Below, in pieces: positions 59,024 to 64,000 of a stretch of 64,000 nt of DNA (positions are counted from its first letter, which is position 1; each line of letters opens with the position of its first letter). A model generated the notes under the pieces. It did not search any database. It had not been told where the DNA came from and saw nothing but the letters and a program-made list of their open reading frames with translations. The DNA is from Marispirochaeta sp. (GTDB lineage Bacteria > Spirochaetota > Spirochaetia > JC444 > Marispirochaetaceae). Both the position numbers and the translations under genes were made by a program. The DNA lies in NCBI GenBank assembly GCA_963676835.2, contig CAXXFF010000001.1, positions 352,001-416,000 on the forward strand, given 5' to 3'.

Positions 59024-59688
59024 TCCTTCCCTTCTCCTTCGATTTCCTTGTAGTAGCGGTACACTGACTGACTGGAAATATTCAGCCGTTTTGCAAGGAC
59101 ATTTACCGCACCTTTGATCTTGAACACACCCCTGTCGAACAGGATTCTGGTGAGTTCTTTTTTCTGTTTTGTATTTGAATTCTCAGGACTTATTCCCGAC
59201 TCAAGAATTACATTATCTATTACACCGTTTACCAGCTCATCCACGGAAAGATTGAAATGCTCCCGGCTGGCGGCAGCAGCGGATTCATGCACAGGGGCAC
59301 TGTTCAGTGCGGCGGCCTTGCTGAGAATATCCCTGGCCGTAATAAGATCGGTAATATCAATATTTACACAGAGAAGACCTATGAGCTCTTCTTGATTGTC
59401 CCGGATAAAATAGGTGGATGAACGGAGAATCCGGCCATCCCTGGTGGACCCCATATAGTTGACAATACTGTCTTTCTGCTGGTCCTGCCTTTCCATAATA
59501 AGGTCCAGAGCATAATCAGTAATTGTACCGCCGACTTGTCTGTCGGTAACATGACCGTTGACAATATGCACAATGGAGCTCTGGAGATTGCTTATATCAT
59601 GCACGATAACTTCACAGGTAGGCCCGTTGATTGCGGCAATATAGTCGGCAATACCGTAAAATTTCTGAAGTATGCTCTGAGAATCCAT
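59020..59688 (-). CDS. YheO/DauR-like regulator (PAS_6 + HTH_22)
   Basis: GPTCEVIVHD, IVNGHVT.R.VG, LRSST, GLLCVN.D, GVF.IKGAV..LA..L.IS..SVYRY. Confidence 0.9.
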   Translation of the reverse strand: MDSQSILQKFYGIADYIAAINGPTCEVIVHDISNLQSSIVHIVNGHVTDRQVGGTITDYALDLIMERQDQQKDSIVNYMGSTRDGRILRSSTYFIRDNQEELIGLLCVNIDITDLITARDILSKAAALNSAPVHESAAAASREHFNLSVDELVNGVIDNVILESGISPENSNTKQKKELTRILFDRGVFKIKGAVNVLAKRLNISSQSVYRYYKEIEGEGKE

Positions 59689-59694
59689 TAATGC

Positions 59695-60069
59695 CTACTT
59701 TACACAGATGGCATCAATTTCTATTTTTACATCCTTGGGCAGCCGGGAAACCTCTACTGCACAGCGGGCCGGCTTGTGGTCACCAAAGAAATCGGCGTAA
59801 ACTCCATTCACCGCTGCAAAATCATTCATGTCGGTCAGAAATACCGTACATTTAACCACCGATTCAACAGTGAACCCTGCCTCTTCGATAATGGCCTTGA
59901 TATTTGCCAGAGACTGCTGTGCCTGTTCCTCAACGTTTTCACTGACCAGTGTCATTGTCGCCGGAACAAAGGGTATCTGACCCGACACATACAGGGTATT
60001 ACCGGCAAGAACTGCCTGTGAATATGGTCCGACTGCTGCCGGGGCTTTTTCGGTATGGATATAGTTCAT
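59695..60069 (-). CDS. ridA: RidA-family enamine/imine deaminase
   Basis: APAAVGPYSQA, VSGQIP, VVKCTVFL.DMNDF..VN.VY, PARCAVEV..LPK..KIEI. Confidence 0.93.
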   Translation of the reverse strand: MNYIHTEKAPAAVGPYSQAVLAGNTLYVSGQIPFVPATMTLVSENVEEQAQQSLANIKAIIEEAGFTVESVVKCTVFLTDMNDFAAVNGVYADFFGDHKPARCAVEVSRLPKDVKIEIDAICVK

Positions 60070-60172
60070 TGTTTAACTCTCCCTCTGATTGCTGGAATAT
60101 ATAATCATACTACCCAGCTGATTGAGAATTAATCAACACTTTACATTATTATTTGAGAATATTTTCTTATTT

Positions 60173-60820
60173 TTATTGAATATTTTGTAATCTGACCGGA
60201 TAGAGCACCCGTATTCCATTCAGGTTACGCCCTGGTCCGGAGCCGTACTTGTCGCTGATATTGTAGACCTCATTAAAACGGTGCTCCCCGGGAAACTCCG
60301 GGTCCAGCATGAGAAAACCGTCATCGTCATAACCGGTAAGCACAACATAATGAGGAGCCCCGCGATACAGAACCTCACCGATAACAGGAATACTTCTGTC
60401 CAGATAATAACGGACAAGGATTAGATCCGCCGGTACTGCCCGCCAGTTAAAGCGGGTATACACATAGCCTTTACCGTATCGGGTTAGGGCCGGCCAGTTC
60501 ATAACAACTTTGCCGAGACTGGTATTCCTGTCCGGATCATCTTCAAAGCCGCTGTTGGCTTTCAGCCAGCGGTTCATTCGGGAAGGATTCAGAGTGTCAT
60601 TTTCAAAATGAGAATAGACCATTGAAACCGCAGTAAGGGCACACCCGTGGGTGCGGATTGTGGCGGAGGAACCGAACCCGAGTTTTTCTTCAGCCCAGGG
60701 GGCATCTTTTCCCTGGGTATAGTAGGGCACAGGAACAGGACCTGCGTCGGAAAAGAGGAAGATCGATACAGACAGTATAAAAAACAGTGAAAAAGAGACC
60801 TGTTTATGCATTGGAATCAA
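60173..60820 (-). CDS. C39-like cysteine peptidase, secreted
   Basis: Signal peptide; YYTQ, GCALT (Cys), HYVVLTGY (His), LDP (Asp). Confidence 0.8.
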   Translation of the reverse strand: MIPMHKQVSFSLFFILSVSIFLFSDAGPVPVPYYTQGKDAPWAEEKLGFGSSATIRTHGCALTAVSMVYSHFENDTLNPSRMNRWLKANSGFEDDPDRNTSLGKVVMNWPALTRYGKGYVYTRFNWRAVPADLILVRYYLDRSIPVIGEVLYRGAPHYVVLTGYDDDGFLMLDPEFPGEHRFNEVYNISDKYGSGPGRNLNGIRVLYPVRLQNIQ

Positions 60821-60847
60821 GATAGCACTCCAGCCGGGATATCTCCA

Positions 60848-63265
60848 TCAGGCAAGTCTCTTCGGACGTGTTTGTTGAAGGGCGGGAAATTTCATCAGGA
60901 GAGAATCTACAGCCTTCTGCTGAAGAGAGCTACCTGTGGATGCCGTCATTTCCCGGGTAATATGTAACAAGTCTGTTAAACTGCTGTTGTTCAGTATATC
61001 TGCAGCGGGCGTTCTTAAATCGAGAAGATAAACATCCGTCCGGGAATCTGCAAGAACATGGTCATACAGCACGGGGTTTTTCAGATATAGACCATTGTAA
61101 TCCCCTGCCCGTTTAATCACCCGGATTGTATTTCCCTGATCATCCCTGATCTCCGCAGATTTATTACATCCGGGGAGACATGCAGCATCCATAACCACTT
61201 TGGCGCAGTCAGTACAGTTCCTTACAATACAGTGCCGTGTCTTCATCAGCAGGAGCGGCGAGATAAGGGCTGCCCAGAGTTCCATATCTCCCGGGATCGA
61301 TGTCTCATGTATCTGACTGCCGGACAACTCCTGTGACAGAAAAGCACCGTCGGCACCGTACTGCTGAAAGAACTCGAGACTGTATCCGTTGCTGCCGTTC
61401 AGCATGGGACCTGCAATCCAGGGAATACCTTTTTCGCCGGCATACCAGGCAATACCGGAGTTATCCGTTGCGATCCGCCTGAAGGAACGTCGATTCAGCA
61501 ATGCACAGGCGGCCTCAAACTGTTCTCCAATAAGGATAGAAGGAAACCAGGGAATGAGATCCGGAAATGAATCAAACACCTTATCAGCCTGGTGCATACC
61601 GTTGGCGTCTGCGGGCAGCTGAAAAAGAACGGTAATATCAGACCCGGCCGGAATACCATGTAAAATTTCAGAGTTGTCCACCAACAGCGCCAATCCGGGT
61701 TTAAGGGATTCACCCTCTGTCCGGACCGGAAGGACGGGTTTTATCCTGTATTCAGCATTTTGAACTGAAAGCTGCTCAACCGCGTCCCTGCGCAGCTGAT
61801 TGATCACTTTTACGGGGATAAACAGATCTCCATCCAGGTCATCGAGATCACAGGTTTCCAGATAAAACTCTGAGTTTCCCAGGCGGGACAGCTGTTTATA
61901 GACAGCCTCCTTCTCAGTGGGCCGCTTTTCGGCTTTTTCCAGCCTTGCCTCAGAAACAACAGATACCTGCTGTCCTTCTGCGTGTGCCAGCAACGTTAAA
62001 GGAGATCCGGCACTGCCGGAAAGTTTCATCCGCAGCGGTTTCTTCTTCTCCGTCCAGCTCAGTTCACGGACTGCTTTTTTAAGATTCTTTCCTGCCATGG
62101 ATTCCGGCTGACCCCAGACAATATGTCCGCGCTGGATTTTCCCTTTTAGAACATGTTCCATCCTGAATCGGAACACTCCCGGTGAAAGCTTTTCTCCAAG
62201 CAAACCGGTGCAGATAAAATTACCTTCCGTTGTTTTGATGGTAACAGTCCTGCCCTCCTCCAGGGAACTGCCGTCTGTGAAGGCAATTTCCTTCCTGTCT
62301 GCAGAGTACCCCTTGACCTTATCAAGTATGTTTAAGGATTGATCATCACTATCTGAGGTAAAAGCGTCAGATCCCAGCCTTCCTCTGATAAGATTATCAC
62401 TGAAAGAACGGTTAAAAACAGCGTCCAGTCTGGAATCTGAAACATGAGGAGCCTCTCCTTTACCAAGACGGTCAAGCTGCTCTCTCCAGGCGGAGGTGGT
62501 ATTATAAACGTATTCATAGCCTTTTATACGGCCTTCAATCTTCAGGGAATCCGCTCCTGCTCTTAACAGCTCTTCAGCAGACGAAAAGACTGAATTATCC
62601 TTCAGATTGAGGGGCCTTAGTCTATCATTTCTGCCGGAGTATTCCCTGCGGCAGGGCTGCACACAGGCACCACGGTTGGCACTGTTACCGTACAGACAGC
62701 CGGACATATAGCATTGGCCTGAAAATGAGACACAGTAGGCCCCATGCACAAACACCTCTACCTTCATCCCGAGTTCATGGGCAGCATCAGCAAGATCAGA
62801 AATCTCATCCAGTGAAAGTTCTCTGCTGAAGTTGACCTGGGAAACTACGGCCCGGGAAAGAAGTTCAAGCTGGCCCCGGTTGTGGGTGGTCATCTGAGTT
62901 GATGCATGTATTTCCAGATCCGGAAAAACACGCCGTACCACAGAAAGCAGCCCGTAATCCTGAAGAATTACAGCATTGATGCCTGCATTTACGGCATCCT
63001 GCAGCAGCTGCACTAGAGAATTGAACTCATTTTCCAGAGCCAGAACATTGAGGGTAAGGTAGATTTTGACACACCGCTCCCCTGCAATACCGCAAAGTTC
63101 TTTCAGCTCTTCATATGTTATATTTACGGCCCGTTTGCGGGCATTGAAATCTCCTACTCCCAGAAAAACCGCATCGGCGCCGGCCAGAATAGCAGCCTTT
63201 ACCGAGTCGGAATCTCCCCCGGGAGAAAGTAGTTCAACCGTCCTGTTTATAAAACCAGTCATCAA
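60848..63265 (-). CDS. U32-family protein with DUF3656-like region (RlhA-like RNA hydroxylase)
   Basis: ELLSPGG, GADAV, HASTQ, EVFVHGA.C...SGQC..S...SANRG.C.Q.CR, LKIEGR. Confidence 0.85.
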   Translation of the reverse strand: MMTGFINRTVELLSPGGDSDSVKAAILAGADAVFLGVGDFNARKRAVNITYEELKELCGIAGERCVKIYLTLNVLALENEFNSLVQLLQDAVNAGINAVILQDYGLLSVVRRVFPDLEIHASTQMTTHNRGQLELLSRAVVSQVNFSRELSLDEISDLADAAHELGMKVEVFVHGAYCVSFSGQCYMSGCLYGNSANRGACVQPCRREYSGRNDRLRPLNLKDNSVFSSAEELLRAGADSLKIEGRIKGYEYVYNTTSAWREQLDRLGKGEAPHVSDSRLDAVFNRSFSDNLIRGRLGSDAFTSDSDDQSLNILDKVKGYSADRKEIAFTDGSSLEEGRTVTIKTTEGNFICTGLLGEKLSPGVFRFRMEHVLKGKIQRGHIVWGQPESMAGKNLKKAVRELSWTEKKKPLRMKLSGSAGSPLTLLAHAEGQQVSVVSEARLEKAEKRPTEKEAVYKQLSRLGNSEFYLETCDLDDLDGDLFIPVKVINQLRRDAVEQLSVQNAEYRIKPVLPVRTEGESLKPGLALLVDNSEILHGIPAGSDITVLFQLPADANGMHQADKVFDSFPDLIPWFPSILIGEQFEAACALLNRRSFRRIATDNSGIAWYAGEKGIPWIAGPMLNGSNGYSLEFFQQYGADGAFLSQELSGSQIHETSIPGDMELWAALISPLLLMKTRHCIVRNCTDCAKVVMDAACLPGCNKSAEIRDDQGNTIRVIKRAGDYNGLYLKNPVLYDHVLADSRTDVYLLDLRTPAADILNNSSLTDLLHITREMTASTGSSLQQKAVDSLLMKFPALQQTRPKRLA

Positions 63266-63370
63266 TAGGTATAGTATGGCAAATAAAACGTTTACCGTGA
63301 ATAGAAATATGGAAATATCGGAAGTTGAAAATCCACTTCCTCTATCGGAGAATCTGCTGAAAGGTTACCA

Positions 63371-64000
63371 CTAATACTCATCAACATCCTCATAGCCGAC
63401 AACCGTATTGGCATGATTGAGCGAGTCAGGATTGTATGAATCTGCATCCCATATATCGTTTCCGTCAAGTTTACTGTACTTGGTTGAATCGATGGTAATG
63501 GAAACAAGGACTCCTTCCGCGAGCAGACTGCGCAGCAGATTGATTTCATCATCGGAGGTTACGGTAAAATAGTAATCCGTACCGTAGGTGGCGTCATCCC
63601 GAAGAAAGCTGGACCTGGCAAGAGGTGCTTCCCTCCAGGCTGTTTCATCGGGCCAGCTGGTGTGGTCTGAGGCACTGTAGGGCATGGTGTCCCAGGAGGC
63701 ACAGCCGAACTTATCCAGAATCTGCTGATTTTGAAAATAGCTGGTTCCCACATTTTCCCCATTGTTTATCTGATGATAGATAAAGTCCGGGGAGTATATC
63801 CAGTCAAGCAGACTTGAAGGCTTGTAGCCGTTACTTTCGGCAGATGCAACATTTCTCTCATGTTCATAGGCTTCCTGAAAGGTTTTTATATAGTATCCAA
63901 CCGACCAGGATACACAGGAACCTTCAGAACCCTGGGACCCTATGGGAGGAAAGTATGGACCTTCAGACCAGTCAACTGCGGTCGGTATAGTCGGATCCAC
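63371..64000 (-). CDS. C1 (papain-family) cysteine peptidase, 3' part; 5' end lies outside the window
   Basis: VDW...PPIGSQG..GSCVSWS (Gln/Cys), SPDFIY, NHANTVVGY (His). Confidence 0.8.
   Translation of the reverse strand: MDPTIPTAVDWSEGPYFPPIGSQGSEGSCVSWSVGYYIKTFQEAYEHERNVASAESNGYKPSSLLDWIYSPDFIYHQINNGENVGTSYFQNQQILDKFGCASWDTMPYSASDHTSWPDETAWREAPLARSSFLRDDATYGTDYYFTVTSDDEINLLRSLLAEGVLVSITIDSTKYSKLDGNDIWDADSYNPDSLNHANTVVGYEDVDEY

Noticed and set aside
1..64000. rRNA, tRNA, CRISPR arrays, integrases, transposases, prophage genes
   Set aside because: None recognised on manual reading; a tRNAscan/Infernal run is needed to exclude small RNAs.

Overview
Bacterial chromosomal segment, probably from a free-living spirochaete. 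This is inferred from solute-binding-protein N-termini of the 'WAAGQKE'/'LFAGGQSE' type and from the gene content. (1) 1-10 kb is a defence-type island: a partial RhuM-family gene, a SAM-methyltransferase/HNH-nuclease fusion split by one in-frame TGA, a dcm-vsr pair, and a convergent AT-rich operon of GHKL(MORC/MutL)-ATPase, DUF4420 PD-(D/E)XK protein and Z1 helicase-like protein. The operon is Mza-like but reordered and has no AIPR. (2) 10-13.6 kb holds a sigma54-type promoter, a PrsW-family gene and hypothetical genes. (3) 13.7-29 kb is a LacI-controlled carbohydrate locus with three visible operators: ABC transporter, Aec37-like GH31, two dehydrogenases, a TIM-barrel isomerase, a GlpA-like flavoprotein module with two FAD/2Fe-2S paralogues, and a URO-D-fold protein. 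(4) 29-43 kb has a truncated URO-D gene, hicAB, a BMP-type nucleoside ABC transporter, mscS, hipBA, an orphan RtcR/CARF-like sigma54 activator, a tandem duplication of membrane-anchored coiled-coil genes differing by exactly 40 repeat residues, and a 62-nt pure-purine microsatellite. (5) 43-64 kb has metabolic and regulatory genes, two copies of a MITE-like element (one internally deleted), a RidA/YheO/aminotransferase/NhaC operon, C39 and U32 family genes, and a papain-family gene that ends before its NSWG motif. No rRNA, tRNA or CRISPR array was seen. All family calls come from motif recognition by eye; no database search was run.
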